This document shows, piece by piece, positions 63,111 to 64,000 of a stretch of DNA of 64,000 bases. Below the pieces are notes generated by a model. That model made no database searches and was not told where the DNA came from. It saw nothing but the letters and a program-made list of their open reading frames with translations. The position numbers and the translations under genes were made by a program. The DNA is from Blasia pusilla. Lineage: Eukaryota. The stretch is from the NCBI GenBank assembly GCA_050084515.1, contig CM114271.1:25916001-25980000 (forward strand). Direction: 5' to 3'. How positions within the stretch are numbered: the stretch's first letter is position 1; each line of letters begins with the position of its first letter.

Positions 63111-64000
63111 TTAAAACTTTAATATCTAAAAAATTCAATATTCCAAGAATGGACTACATAATGCTATCCATTACTATGATTGTGGGAAAGGTAGAATGCT
63201 TTTTACTTGCCACAAACTTATTATGCGATTTTTCCTTAGCGTATTTAAACAATTTCTTCCATGGTTACTTTAGTCAAGTTGAAATTGATTTCGTTTTCTC
63301 CCAAATAACCATAATACATGAATATATATGACTTTTTTTATCTCTACATATCGTATATAAATAATTCCTTGCAAAATCCTAAACAAGAAAGTTTGCATGT
63401 TTTCTATTTTCTAGCAAACAACTATAACATATGAAAAGTACTAACTACTCCAACTGTAACTAGGGCTAATGGTTATAGTTGGAGTAGTTGGAAATTTTGA
63501 ACACCTACAAAAATATAAGGACTCTCAATATATCTACGTATGATAACATAATGCTTTCCGTTCGAGTCTCTACCAAAAATCTATTGGTTTTCCAATTATA
63601 CAATAAATCATCATTAGATGTGGATAAAATGTGTAAAAAAGGTGGAATTCTTGTGCTTTCAAGAAGCACAAGAATGCCTGCCACATTTTATCTTTTAAAA
63701 TAATACTCCTTAATTTTATGGGACTCTTAATTATAAACCGGAATCATTTCCACAAATCTATGAAGTTTATTTCAACGCTCTACACGTAAAAAGATATGAA
63801 CATTCCAAGGACGGTGAAAAAAATTTGCTTTTGGTTTTTTTGGCTAAGGGAACGGTGTGAGGCTTTCCATTAACTACTTAGTAATCTATTTAGTAATGTT
63901 TCAAGTAGATCACCTTGCCCTAACTACCCTACAAGATGGTTGGAATTCATGCCTTCGGCTAAAAAATACCTCTAGCATTAATTTTATATTCTTTTCATAC

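Overview
Repeat-rich, intron-containing eukaryotic DNA with plant hallmarks: TTTAGGG-like tract, SRC2-type C2 gene, plant subtilase fragment and Ty3/gypsy elements. A non-seed land plant such as a bryophyte is a plausible inference, not shown. Host genes: (1) a spliced ABCD4 (cblJ)-like half ABC transporter on the minus strand, running off the left edge, with an in-frame MMADHC (cblD)-like domain between its TMD and NBD; (2) an intronless SRC2-like C2 gene with an in-frame TGA. The rest is mostly nested, degenerate retroelements, LINE and CACTA-type fragments, a hAT-type MITE and microsatellites. Two signals stand out. First, the apparent fusion of two cobalamin-trafficking proteins in a plant. 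Second, a family of PHD-finger Ty3/gypsy elements with a DDE integrase whose repeats appear split (B - gag/pol - PPT - A - B - A), with an internal CA-NN-TG junction and a putative self-priming site in place of a tRNA PBS, suggesting integration from a circular cDNA. No single complete copy of that family is present, so its architecture is assembled from several partial copies. All family assignments come from motif recognition by eye and need HMM or structure confirmation.
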